Source: Dehalococcoidia bacterium
GTDB lineage: Bacteria > Chloroflexota > Dehalococcoidia > UBA2979
Direction: 5' to 3'
Assembly (NCBI GenBank): GCA_963667465.2
Contig: CAXXDN010000002.1
Span: 704,001-768,000 of the forward strand
DNA length: 64,000 bases
The notes beneath the pieces are model-generated. The model saw only the letters and a program-made list of their open reading frames with translations, was not told the DNA's origin and did not search any database. The translations under genes were made by a program, and so were the position numbers. Shown here in pieces: positions 30,666 through 40,279 of the stretch (position 1 is its first letter; every line of letters starts with the position of its first letter).

Positions 30666-31897
30666 CCGTGGAGGGGATGCCGGCGCGGCCGCTCGAGGGG
30701 CTGCGCGTGATCGCGGTCGACCAGTACGGCGCCGGCCCGTTCGCGACGCTCCACCTCGCCGACCTCGGCGCGGACGTGATCAAGATCGAAGATCCGGCTG
30801 CCGGTGGCGACATGGGCCGCTACGTGCCGCCCTACGCCGAGGAGCAGGACAGCCTCTTCTTCCAGGCGCTCAACCGCGGTAAGCGCAGCCTTGCGCTCGA
30901 CCTCCGCTCGCCCGAGGGCGCCGCCATTCTCGGCGACCTCGTCGCGGTCTCGGACGCGCTGTTCTGCAACCTGCGCGGGGACGGGCCGGCGCGGCTCGGC
31001 TTGACGTACGAGCAGCTGCGGCATCGCAACCCGCGCATCGTCTGCTGCTCGCTCAGCGGCTACGGGGCGAGCGGATCGCGGGCCAGCGAGCCGGCGTTCG
31101 ACTACCTGATCCAGGCGGAGCTCGGCTACATGGCGATCACCGGCGAGCCCGGCGGCCCGCCGACGCGCTCCGGCGTTTCCGTGGTCGACTGGTCGGCAGG
31201 CTACGCGGCCGCCTTCGCGCTGCTGGCCGGAGTGCAGCAGGCGCAGCGCACCGGCCGAGGCGCGGACATTGACCTCTCGCTCTACGAGATCGGGCTGGGG
31301 ATGCTCAACTACGTGGCCTCCTGGCATCTCACGCGCGGCTACCAGCCGGAGCGGCTGCCGGGCTCGGCGCATCCCAGCCTCGTGCCCTCGCAGGTCTTTG
31401 CGACGGCGGACGGGCACATCTTCGTGATGTGCAACAAGGAGTCCTTCTACGGCGCGCTCTGCGAGGCGATCGAGCGCCCCGACCTCGCCTCCGACCCGCG
31501 CTTTGCGAACGCCGCCGCCCGCCTCGCGCATCGCGAGACACTCGTCGCGCTGCTGTCCGAGGTGTTCGCGCAGCGCCCGACGGCGGAGTGGATGGAAGCG
31601 CTGCTCGGGATCGTGCCCGTCGCCGTGCCTCGCGGAGTTCCGGAGGCGCTCGCCGACGACTTCCTGCGCGAGCGCGGCGACATCGTCGAGGTCCAGCACG
31701 AGCGCTTCGGTCCGTTGCAACAGATCGCCACCCCGTTCCGCTTCGCCGGCGACGAGCCGGACTACCGGGCTGCCTCGGGACTGGGCGAGGACAGCGAGGA
31801 CGTGCTGTCCTCGCTGCTTGGTTACGGCGCGGAGCGCGTCGCCGCGCTGCGCGAGGCGGGCGTCATCGCCGGTCCCGAGCGGGCGCCTGCCCGATGA
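30662..31897 (+). CDS. CaiB/BaiF family CoA transferase
   Basis: PLEGLRV, AGPFATLHLADLGADVIKIE, NRGKRSLALDL, SGYG, FDYLIQA. Confidence 0.93.
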   Translation: MTVEGMPARPLEGLRVIAVDQYGAGPFATLHLADLGADVIKIEDPAAGGDMGRYVPPYAEEQDSLFFQALNRGKRSLALDLRSPEGAAILGDLVAVSDALFCNLRGDGPARLGLTYEQLRHRNPRIVCCSLSGYGASGSRASEPAFDYLIQAELGYMAITGEPGGPPTRSGVSVVDWSAGYAAAFALLAGVQQAQRTGRGADIDLSLYEIGLGMLNYVASWHLTRGYQPERLPGSAHPSLVPSQVFATADGHIFVMCNKESFYGALCEAIERPDLASDPRFANAAARLAHRETLVALLSEVFAQRPTAEWMEALLGIVPVAVPRGVPEALADDFLRERGDIVEVQHERFGPLQQIATPFRFAGDEPDYRAASGLGEDSEDVLSSLLGYGAERVAALREAGVIAGPERAPAR

Positions 31898-33060
31898 GCG
31901 CGCTGCCCGCGAGCGACGAGGCGCGCGAGCTGCTGGTCGCCAACCTGCGGGACTGGGTGCGGCGGCGCGTGCTGCCCGTCGCGCGCGAGTACGAGCTGCG
32001 CGACGAGTACCCCGCCGAGCTGGTGCAGGACCTGCGCGACCTCGGCCTGTTCGGCGCGGTACTCGATCCCGCCAACGGCGGAGCCGGCCTGAGCTACGAG
32101 ACGTACGTCGCGGCGGTCGAGGAGGTCTCGCGCGGCTGGATGACGCTGGCCGGGGTCTTCAACTCGCACCTCATCCTCTCGCACATCATCGAGCGCTTCG
32201 GCAGCGATGAGCAGCGGGCGCGCTTCCTGCCCGGCCTCGCCTCGGGCGAGGCGCAGGGCGCACTCGCGCTGACCGAGCCGGGCGCGGGCAGCGACGTGCA
32301 GGCGATCGCCACGACGGCGCGCCGTGACGGGGACGTGTACGTGCTGAACGGCCAGAAGCAGTTCATCACCAACGGCAGGCGCGCCCGCTACGTCGCCGTC
32401 CTCGCAAAGACGGATCCGGCGGCGCAGCCGCCGCATCGCGGAATGGCCGTCCTCGTCGTCGAGCGCGGCACGCCGGGCTTCAGCGTCGGGCGCGACTTCG
32501 AGAAGCTCGGCTACCGCGGGATCGAGACCTCCGAGCTGTTTTTCGAGGACTGCGCCGTGCCCGCGGACAACCTCGTCGGCGGCGAGGGGCGCGGCTTCCA
32601 GCAGGTCATGGCGGGGCTGGAGCTTGGCCGCCTCAACGTCGCCGCGCGCGGGGTCGGCCTGGCGCGCGCGGCTTACGAGGACGCGCTCGCCTACGCGCAG
32701 GAGCGCCACACCTTCGGCGTCCCGATCGCCGAGCACCAGGCGATCCAGATGAAGCTCGCCGACATGTCCGTGGCGATCGAGGCCGCTCGATTGCTCACCC
32801 AGCGTGCCGCCCGGCTCAAGGACGCCGGGCAGCGCGTGGACCTCGAGGCCGGGCAGGCCAAGCTCTTCGCCACGGAGACGGCGCAGCTGTGCGCCCTTGA
32901 GGGGTTGCGCATCCACGGCGGCGCCGGATACATGCAGGATCTGCCGGTGGAGCGTTATCTCCGCGACGCGCCCTTGCTGATCGTCGGCGAGGGGACCAAT
33001 GAGGTGCAGCGCCTGGTTATCGCACGCCGCCTGCTGGAGCAGGCGCGGGGCGAGGGCTAG
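31894..33060 (+). CDS. Acyl-CoA dehydrogenase
   Basis: ALTEPGAGSD, LNGQKQFITNG, KLGYRG, IHGGAGY, ERYLRDA, EGTNEVQRLVIAR. Confidence 0.94.
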   Translation: MSALPASDEARELLVANLRDWVRRRVLPVAREYELRDEYPAELVQDLRDLGLFGAVLDPANGGAGLSYETYVAAVEEVSRGWMTLAGVFNSHLILSHIIERFGSDEQRARFLPGLASGEAQGALALTEPGAGSDVQAIATTARRDGDVYVLNGQKQFITNGRRARYVAVLAKTDPAAQPPHRGMAVLVVERGTPGFSVGRDFEKLGYRGIETSELFFEDCAVPADNLVGGEGRGFQQVMAGLELGRLNVAARGVGLARAAYEDALAYAQERHTFGVPIAEHQAIQMKLADMSVAIEAARLLTQRAARLKDAGQRVDLEAGQAKLFATETAQLCALEGLRIHGGAGYMQDLPVERYLRDAPLLIVGEGTNEVQRLVIARRLLEQARGEG

Positions 33061-33087
33061 CGCCGCGATGACGGACGGGAGCCGCGC

Positions 33088-34623
33088 GTGAGCCCGGCCA
33101 GCAACTACGCACGGTTCAGCTATGGGCTGAAGCGCTACACCGACTCGCTGCGGCGCTATATCGACCGCCGCGTGCGCGAGGACTGGTGGGACGAATACGT
33201 CCTTACGAGCCTCCCCGCCGACCAGATCGCGGCCCTCGACCGCGAACGCAAGCTGCACGCCGACGACCTCGACGAGGCGCGCGAGGGCGTGCTGCCCAAG
33301 TCCGGTACCGAGTTCCTCGATGCGCGCCACTTCGCTGCGATCTTCCGGGAGCGCTTCCGCGCCAACGAGCGCACGACGGAACTGATGCGCCAGGTCCAGG
33401 AGCTGCACGACCAGTGGTCCGATCCTCCCGAGGACGACTACGTCACGGAGGACGTCGACCAGGCCCTCAGCGCGATGCACGAGGCGCTGGCGTACTACCA
33501 GCTGCCGGCTGCCGCGGAACTGCTCGCACTGCGCGAGGGCGGCGATCCGCCGCGCAGCACCTACGTGGAACTGAGCGAGGAGATCAAGCGCCATGGCGAC
33601 GGGATGCGGCGTGTCTTCCTCGACTGGGCCGAACGCGAATCGCCCGGCGAGTGGTGGGAGCGGCGCGTCGGCGAGCAGCGACGGACGGCGATCGCACGAC
33701 ATCTCGAGGACACCACGCGGCTGACGTCCGAGGAGCTTGTGGGCCTGCTCGGCCCCGCCGACTTCACGGCGATCGCCCTCGACAACTGCGATCTTAGTGG
33801 CCCGGAGCGCTCGCTGCTGCGCACGGCGCTGCACGTGCGCCGCAGCTGGGCCCACCCTGCGAGCGGCGAGTATCCGGACGGCTACGTGGCAGAGGCCACG
33901 GAGTGGCTTCGCGAGGCCCTCGATACGGTCGCGGACGCCGTAGACGAGCTGTTGGAGCCGATCCCGGCGGACGAGGCCGAGCCGGAAGAGCCGGAGGCGG
34001 CGGAGCCCGAAGCGGCGGCAGAGGAAGCCCGCCGGGTCACCATCGGCGACTACTTCACGTGTGGGATCGTTGCCGCGTTCCTCGGCGCGTTCGCAGTGGC
34101 TCTGGTCCTCGTCGGGCTCGCGTTGCTTGGGACGCGGACCTGGCCGGTCGATCGCGCGCTCGACGTATCGAGCGCGGCCGCCGATGCAGTCGGCGATTTC
34201 GTGGATGGCGTCACCGGCACGGCGCCGCTGGAGGCCACGGCCACCCCAATTCCGACGCGGACGAGCACGCCGACGGCGGCTGCCACGCCGACGCCGACGC
34301 CTGGAGCTACCGCGACGGCCACGACAACGGCGACGCCCACCGCGACGGCGACGCCGACACGCACCGCGACGCCGACCGCAACGCCGCCACCCGCACCCTC
34401 GCTCGAGCGGGCGATCGGGAACACGGATGGCGACGGCGTCTCGCTCCGCGACGACTGCGCTGACGCCGCCCGCTTCTCCGCCCCCGGCGAGGGCTGGCCG
34501 GAGGGCCAGGCGGTCGAGGTGATCGAGGTGGGCAGCGATCGCTGCGAGGGTTGGCTGCTGACACAGGCGGACGGCGTCGCCTCGTGGGTTCGTGAGGAGT
34601 ACGTCGTCGATCGAGAGCAGTAA
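33088..34623 (+). CDS. Membrane protein: tandem Swt1-like HEPN domains, TM helix, Thr/Pro stalk, SH3-like C-terminal domain
   Basis: Two helical repeats resembling the Swt1-HEPN consensus; RRSWAH (RX4H) in repeat 2 and HDQWSD in repeat 1; hydrophobic segment at about 34051-34131; TPTAT linker; ends GVASWVREEYV. Domain calls are by eye. Confidence 0.7.
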   Translation: MSPASNYARFSYGLKRYTDSLRRYIDRRVREDWWDEYVLTSLPADQIAALDRERKLHADDLDEAREGVLPKSGTEFLDARHFAAIFRERFRANERTTELMRQVQELHDQWSDPPEDDYVTEDVDQALSAMHEALAYYQLPAAAELLALREGGDPPRSTYVELSEEIKRHGDGMRRVFLDWAERESPGEWWERRVGEQRRTAIARHLEDTTRLTSEELVGLLGPADFTAIALDNCDLSGPERSLLRTALHVRRSWAHPASGEYPDGYVAEATEWLREALDTVADAVDELLEPIPADEAEPEEPEAAEPEAAAEEARRVTIGDYFTCGIVAAFLGAFAVALVLVGLALLGTRTWPVDRALDVSSAAADAVGDFVDGVTGTAPLEATATPIPTRTSTPTAAATPTPTPGATATATTTATPTATATPTRTATPTATPPPAPSLERAIGNTDGDGVSLRDDCADAARFSAPGEGWPEGQAVEVIEVGSDRCEGWLLTQADGVASWVREEYVVDREQ

Positions 34624-34632
34624 CCCGCGCCG

Positions 34633-35427
34633 CTACTGCCGGGGCGGTGGCCGCAGGGCGTAGCTCTCCGGCTCGCGCAGCCACTCGCGGTCCGCGAAGT
34701 AGGCGCGCAACGCTTGCGCGGCCTCGGCGAGCACAGCCTCGCTCGTGGCCGGTGAGCGGGTGTCCAACCAGGGTGCGATGCGGCGTCCCAGCCCGGTCTG
34801 GCGCGCGGCGGCGTCCAGCCAGTCCAGCGTCGGATGCGCGCCCTCCTCCAGGATGCAGGCCAGCCGCGTGAGCGCACTCGCCGCCTCGCCACCCGCGATC
34901 GCCTCGCTCGGGTCGATCGAGGCCCCGTGCGCGCGCTCCAGTGCTTCGAGCGCGCGACCGGCCTGCAGGTAGAGCGGGCGCACCAGGCGCTCCAGTGCGG
35001 AGCCGGGCAGGCGCCGCGCGGTGGCCGCGAGGCGCTCCGCGCGCCCGCTGGGATCGTGCAGCGGGTCCGCGTGACGGAACTCCCAGCGGACCTCCAGCGA
35101 GCGGCGCGAGACGCCAGCGAGCAGCGCCTCGACCCCGCCCGTCGTCGCCACGGTGGTTTCGATGAGTTCGTCGCGGACGCGCCGCAGGCGATGGCGCAGC
35201 AGCGGCTCGCGCCACTCCGCGTCCAGATCGCGCACGTCGGCCGCGTCGACGACCAGCCAGAGGCGCTGCGGGCCCGCCGGAGCGCCCTCGGGCGGCTCCA
35301 CGACGAGCAGGGTGAGTACGTAGGGACGATCGTTCCAGGGCGGCGCCTCCAGCAACGCGCGGGCGCGCGCGGCCAGCGGCACCACGGCCTCGCCGCCGCC
35401 GCCCGGCTCGCTCGCGCGCGCGCTCAC
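34633..35427 (-). CDS. Hypothetical protein, possibly a degenerate nucleotidyltransferase/DUF4037-like fold
   Basis: Coupled to the wrbA-like gene (GTGA overlap); PLHDPSGRAERL followed by a helical C-terminal half; no GS/DxD catalytic motif seen. Confidence 0.6.
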   Translation of the reverse strand: MSARASEPGGGGEAVVPLAARARALLEAPPWNDRPYVLTLLVVEPPEGAPAGPQRLWLVVDAADVRDLDAEWREPLLRHRLRRVRDELIETTVATTGGVEALLAGVSRRSLEVRWEFRHADPLHDPSGRAERLAATARRLPGSALERLVRPLYLQAGRALEALERAHGASIDPSEAIAGGEAASALTRLACILEEGAHPTLDWLDAAARQTGLGRRIAPWLDTRSPATSEAVLAEAAQALRAYFADREWLREPESYALRPPPRQ

Positions 35428-35960
35428 GAGGCACCCTCGAGGCGGACGGCCAGCCGGGCGACGCGCCGGCCGAGGGCGCGCGCCTGCTCGCGGTCGTCGT
35501 CCGTGACCGCGCCGGCTGCCGTCGCGCCGTAGTAGGAACCGGATCGCCGCATGCGCTCGCTCCAGGGCAGGCCGACGAAGATCATGCCGTGCCCGACCAG
35601 CAGGTGCATGAGCTGCTGCAAGGTCGCCTCCAGCCCTCCGTGCGGCGACCAGCCGGCGGCGAACGCGGCGCCCGGCTTGCCCGCCAGTTCGCCGGACTCC
35701 CAGAGGTCGCCCGACTGATCGAGCCAGATCTTCAATTCGCCCGTCACGCCGGTCCAGTTCGGCGAACCGAGGATCAGCGCGTCACAGTGCAGCAGTTCAG
35801 CCGGGTCGGCCTCGCCGATGCGAATGCTGCGCAACGCTGCGCCCTCGATGCTGCGCACGCCCTCGCCCACGGCGTCGGCGAGCTGCTGCACGAGGCCGGC
35901 GCGGCTGTCGTAGACGAGCAGGAGTCGGGTCATCGTCAGCGCCCGGGCCGCCGCGCTCAA
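35424..35960 (-). CDS. WrbA-like flavodoxin / NAD(P)H:quinone oxidoreductase
   Basis: LLVYDSRAG, DALILGSP, LAGKPGAAF, HGGLEATL, HGMIFVG, GSYYGA; alternative start ATG 35933. Confidence 0.88.
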   Translation of the reverse strand: MSAAARALTMTRLLLVYDSRAGLVQQLADAVGEGVRSIEGAALRSIRIGEADPAELLHCDALILGSPNWTGVTGELKIWLDQSGDLWESGELAGKPGAAFAAGWSPHGGLEATLQQLMHLLVGHGMIFVGLPWSERMRRSGSYYGATAAGAVTDDDREQARALGRRVARLAVRLEGAS

Positions 35961-36229
35961 TCCTCGGTCGCTTGCTCGGTGACGACGCGGCGGATGCGGG
36001 TGACGCGCTCATCGATGAGCGCGTCCGGGCCGTCCTCGCCGGGCGGATCGAGGGCGTCGCGCAGCCAGGTGATCAGCACGGCGGCGCCGCCGTAGGCGAT
36101 GAACCACTCGCAGCCCTGGAGCAGCGCGAGCGCACCCGAGTGGCCGTTGCGGCGGTGACGGAACGAGCCCCAGGCCACGCCCGCGACGAACGCGGCCGCG
36201 GCGAGCCCGAACTGCTGCTTCTCGTTCAT
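35957..36229 (-). CDS. Small hypothetical membrane protein
   Basis: MNEKQQFGLAAAAFVAGVAWG with two hydrophobic stretches; GGGGGA SD; stop overlaps the next gene. Confidence 0.65.
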   Translation of the reverse strand: MNEKQQFGLAAAAFVAGVAWGSFRHRRNGHSGALALLQGCEWFIAYGGAAVLITWLRDALDPPGEDGPDALIDERVTRIRRVVTEQATED

Positions 36230-36406
36230 CAGTCCCCCGGCGTCGCCTGTGCGGGGATCATCGTACGGCCCGTACGGGGGCGGGTACAGCGCGCGTGGAT
36301 GAGCCTCGAGACGTGCGGTGCTGATCCGTACTGCGCAGTTCCGCGATCCTGCGGTATGCTGCGCGGCGGCGTGCGCTCGCTCGCCAACGGCAGGAGGGAT
36401 ACGCAT

Positions 36407-37300
36407 TTGCAGGCGTTGAAGGTGGTCCGGCCTACCACCATCGCGGAGGCCATCGAACAACTGAACGAAGGAGGCGACGGCGCCCGTCCGCTCGCGGGCG
36501 GGACCGACGTGATCGTCATCGCCCGGGCGCGAGTCCGGGACATCGACGTACTCGTGGACGTCAAGCGCATTCCGGAGCTGACCGCCATCGAGTGGAACCC
36601 GGACTCGGGGCTCACGATCGGCGCGGCGACGCCGTGCTACGAGCTCTACGGCAACGCCGACGTCGTCCAGAACTACCCGGCGATCATTGACTCCGCGACG
36701 CTGATCGGCGGCACGGGGATCCAGGGGCGCGCCAGCTTCGGCGGGAACCTCTGCAACTCCTCGCCGTCCGGCGACACGATCCCGACGCAGATCGTGCTCG
36801 AGGGCGTCGCGAACATCGCCGGCCCGAACGGCGAGCGCTCCGTGCCCGTCGAGGACTTCTGCACGGGTCCGGGCCGCAACGTGCTCGGGCAGGGCGAGTT
36901 CGTGGTTTCGATCTCGTTCCCCGCGCCCGACCCCAACGGGGGCGCACGCTTCCTGCGCTTCATCCCCCGCAACGAGATGGACATCGCGGTCTGCAACGCT
37001 GCCTCGGCGGTGAAGCTGGACGGCGACACCGTGAGCTGGGCGCGCGTCTCGATCGGTGCGGTGGCGCCGACGCCGCTGCTCGTCCAGAGCGCGGCGGACG
37101 CGCTCGTCGGGAACCCGCTCACGGACGCGACGATCGAGGCGGCCGCGGAAGCTTCACGGGACGCCGCGACGCCGATCGACGACATGCGGGGTTCGATCAA
37201 GCAGCGCAAGCACCTCGCAGCGGTGCTGACCCGGCGCACGCTGCAGCAGGCAGCGGCGCGGGCGCGCGGCGAGGATATCCCGTCGGTGGGAGGACACTAA
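36407..37300 (+). CDS. Xanthine dehydrogenase family FAD-binding (medium) subunit
   Basis: RPTTIAEA, LAGGTDV, GRASFGGNLCNSSPSGD, RNEMDIA, GAVAPTP, PIDDMRGS; TTG start after AGGAGG. Confidence 0.93.
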   Translation: MQALKVVRPTTIAEAIEQLNEGGDGARPLAGGTDVIVIARARVRDIDVLVDVKRIPELTAIEWNPDSGLTIGAATPCYELYGNADVVQNYPAIIDSATLIGGTGIQGRASFGGNLCNSSPSGDTIPTQIVLEGVANIAGPNGERSVPVEDFCTGPGRNVLGQGEFVVSISFPAPDPNGGARFLRFIPRNEMDIAVCNAASAVKLDGDTVSWARVSIGAVAPTPLLVQSAADALVGNPLTDATIEAAAEASRDAATPIDDMRGSIKQRKHLAAVLTRRTLQQAAARARGEDIPSVGGH

Positions 37301-37301
37301 C

Positions 37302-37769
37302 GTGACGGACCGCATGATCGTTTCGGCCACCATCAACGGCGAGCCGCTCGAGTTCCTCGCCGATCAGCGTGACAGCCTCCTCGAGGCGCTGCGCGAGCGC
37401 ATCGGCCTGACGGGCACGAAGGAGGGCTGCAACGACGGCAACTGCGGCGCCTGCTCCGTGCTCATGGACGGCCGCCTCGTCAACTCCTGCCTGGTCATGG
37501 CAGCCGAGGTCGAGGGCGCCGACATCACCACCGTCGAGGGCCTGGCGAGCGAGGACGGGCTGATCCCGTTGCAGCAGGCCTTCCTGGAGGAGGCGGCGCT
37601 GCAGTGCGGGATCTGCACCCCCGGCTTCCTCATTGCCTCGAAGGCGCTGCTGGATGCGAACCCGAACCCGACGGAGTACGAGGCCCGCTACTGGCTGGCC
37701 GGCAACCTCTGCCGCTGCACGGGCTACGACAAGATTATCCGCGCGGTGCTCAAGGCCGCCGAGGCATAG
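37302..37769 (+). CDS. (2Fe-2S)-binding small subunit
   Basis: GTKEGC..G.CGACSV, QCGICTPG, GNLCRCTGY. Confidence 0.95.
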   Translation: MTDRMIVSATINGEPLEFLADQRDSLLEALRERIGLTGTKEGCNDGNCGACSVLMDGRLVNSCLVMAAEVEGADITTVEGLASEDGLIPLQQAFLEEAALQCGICTPGFLIASKALLDANPNPTEYEARYWLAGNLCRCTGYDKIIRAVLKAAEA

Positions 37770-37812
37770 CGCCTCCCGGGAGAGCCACGCGGAGAGCAGG
37801 CAGGAGAACCAC

Positions 37813-40116
37813 ATGGTCGCCACTGAGAAGCCCGGCAACTACCAGGTCGTCGGCACCCGCCCGATCCGCCATGACGGGACGGACAAGGTCACCGGTCGCG
37901 CCGGGTACGGCGGCGACTACCGGGCCGCGGGAATGCTGTTCGGTCGCGTGCTGCGCAGCCCCCACGCCCACGCCCGTATCAAGAGCATCGACACCTCGAA
38001 GGCAGAGGCTCTCGATGGCGTGCGCGGCGTCATCACCAACGCCGACTTCCCACAACCCGACGACTCGCAGGTGGACATCGGCGAGGGCGCGACGACGAGC
38101 GCCCGCTGGATGCTCGACAACGTGCTTGCCGGCGAGAAGGTGCTCTACACCGGACACGCCGTCGCCGCCGTTGCCGCCACCGACCCGCACATCGCCGAGG
38201 ACGCGCTCGACCTGATCGAGGTCGAGTACGAGGTCCTCGAGCCGGTGATGGACGTGCGCGAGGCGATGGACGAGAACGCGCCGGTGCTGCACGAGTTCCT
38301 GCGCACCGAGCAGATCGCCAGCGCCTTCATGCCCGGCGACATGGTCGGCACGAAGCCGAGCAACGTCGCCAAGCACCTCGAGTTCAGGGCGGGCGACGTG
38401 GATGCCGGCTTCGAGGAGGCCGATGTCGTGGTGGAGCGCGAGTTCACGACCACGATGGCGCACCAGGGCTACATCGAGCCGCACAACGGCAGCGCCTACT
38501 ACAACAAGGACGGGCACATCACGATCTGGAGCTCGACGCAGGGCGCCTTCGGCGTTCGCGACATGACGGCCGGCCTGCTCCAGGTCCCCGTCTCCCAGGT
38601 GACGTGCGAGCCGGTGGAGATCGGTGGCGGCTTCGGCGGCAAGATCGGCATCTACCTGGAGCCGCTGGCGGCGCTGCTCTCGAAGCAGACCGGCAAGCCC
38701 GTCAAGTTCACGATGACCCGCGAGGCGGTGCTGCAAGCGACCGGCCCGACCTCCGGGACGTACATGCGCGTCAAGATCGGCGCGAAGGACGACGGTACCT
38801 TCGTCGCCGCCCACGTCTACCTTGCGTTCGAGGCCGGGGCCTACCCGGGCTCGCCGATGGGGGCTGGCGCGATGTGCGCGCTCGCGCCGTACCAGATCGA
38901 GAACGGCCACATCGAGGGCTACGACGTCGTGCTCAACAAGCCGAAGGTCGCCGCCTACCGCGCCCCGGGCGCGCCGGCCGCCGAGTACGCCGTCGAGTGC
39001 GTGATCGACGAGATCGCACAGCAGCTCGAGATAGACCCGATGGACATCCGCCTCAAGAACGCCGCGGTCGACGGCTCGCGGCGCGTTGACGGCGCCGTCT
39101 TTGGCGTCATCGGCAACGAGCAGGTGATGGAGGTCGTGAAGAACAGCGAGCACTACCGCTCCGAGCTACAGGGCGAGAACCGCGGCCGCGGGGTCGCGAT
39201 GGGCTTCTGGTTCAACGTCGGCATGGAGTCCAGCGCCTACGCCAGCGTTCAGGCCGACGGCACGGTGAGCCTCTCGCTTGGCTCGACGGACATCGGCGGC
39301 ACGCGCGCCTCGATCGCGATGCAGCTCGCCGAGACGCTCGGCATCGCCGCCGAGGACGTGAAGCCGCAGGTGGTAGATACGGACTCCGTGGGCTACACGA
39401 TGGTCACCGGCGGCAGCCGGACGACCTTCGCAGGTGGCTGGGCCGCCTACGAGTCCGCGATGGACATCCGCCGCCAGCTGGAAGAGCGGGCCGCCGCGAT
39501 CTGGGACGTGGACCGCGATCAGGTCAGCTACAGCGAGGGCGGCGTCCATGGCCCCGCCGACGCTGACGGCAACGCACGCTCGATGACGTTCAAGGAGCTG
39601 GCGGGCCAGCTCGCCGGCAGTGGTGGAATGATCCAGGGCCGCGCGGACGTGAACAGCATGGAGGCGGGACCCGCTTTCGCCGGGCACATCGTCGATGTTG
39701 AGGTGGACCCGGAGACCGGCAAGGTCGACATCCTCCGCTACACCGCCGTGCAGGATGTCGGGACCGCGATCCACCCGTCGTACGTCGAGGGTCAGATCCA
39801 GGGCGGCGTCGCCCAGGGTGTCGGCATGGCGCTGACAGAGGAGTACTTCTACGCCGACGACGGCACGCTGCTGAACTCGAGTCTGCTCGACTACCGCATG
39901 CCCACCGCGCTCGACCTGCCGATGATCGAGACGGAGATCGTCGAGGTGCCCAACCCCGGGCACCCCTACGGCGTGCGCGGCGTCGGCGAGGTGCCGATCG
40001 TCCCGCCCGCGCCGGCGATTGCGAACGCCATCGCGGACGCGATCGGCCTGCGCATGAACGAGCTGCCGATGTCGCCGCGGGCGATGCTCGAGGAGCTGCT
40101 CCCCGACGAGGACTAG
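37813..40116 (+). CDS. Xanthine dehydrogenase family molybdopterin-binding large subunit (copy 1)
   Basis: LRSPHAHARI, HQGYIEPH, IGGGFGGK, AYRAPG, VEGQIQGG, DYRMPT, GVRGVGE. Confidence 0.94.
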   Translation: MVATEKPGNYQVVGTRPIRHDGTDKVTGRAGYGGDYRAAGMLFGRVLRSPHAHARIKSIDTSKAEALDGVRGVITNADFPQPDDSQVDIGEGATTSARWMLDNVLAGEKVLYTGHAVAAVAATDPHIAEDALDLIEVEYEVLEPVMDVREAMDENAPVLHEFLRTEQIASAFMPGDMVGTKPSNVAKHLEFRAGDVDAGFEEADVVVEREFTTTMAHQGYIEPHNGSAYYNKDGHITIWSSTQGAFGVRDMTAGLLQVPVSQVTCEPVEIGGGFGGKIGIYLEPLAALLSKQTGKPVKFTMTREAVLQATGPTSGTYMRVKIGAKDDGTFVAAHVYLAFEAGAYPGSPMGAGAMCALAPYQIENGHIEGYDVVLNKPKVAAYRAPGAPAAEYAVECVIDEIAQQLEIDPMDIRLKNAAVDGSRRVDGAVFGVIGNEQVMEVVKNSEHYRSELQGENRGRGVAMGFWFNVGMESSAYASVQADGTVSLSLGSTDIGGTRASIAMQLAETLGIAAEDVKPQVVDTDSVGYTMVTGGSRTTFAGGWAAYESAMDIRRQLEERAAAIWDVDRDQVSYSEGGVHGPADADGNARSMTFKELAGQLAGSGGMIQGRADVNSMEAGPAFAGHIVDVEVDPETGKVDILRYTAVQDVGTAIHPSYVEGQIQGGVAQGVGMALTEEYFYADDGTLLNSSLLDYRMPTALDLPMIETEIVEVPNPGHPYGVRGVGEVPIVPPAPAIANAIADAIGLRMNELPMSPRAMLEELLPDED

Positions 40117-40279
40117 ACCGCCGCCCCGAGGGGCGACGGAGGCAAGTGACTACCGGCGGCGCCCCTGAGGGTGCCGCCGCTGCGTTCGGCGCGCGGGCAA
40201 CACCCTCGATCCGCCACGGCAGCGGCCGCGGTCGCGTATACAATCCGGGTACGAGGCCACGGTATGCGAGGAGGATGCG

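Noticed and set aside
34210-34400. ACG/CCG/GCG-rich DNA repeat as a separate element
   Set aside because: It simply encodes the Thr/Pro/Ala stalk of the 33088-34623 protein.
40118-40177. Intrinsic terminator between the two large subunits
   Set aside because: The hairpins lack a U-tract, so they were noted only as possible structure.
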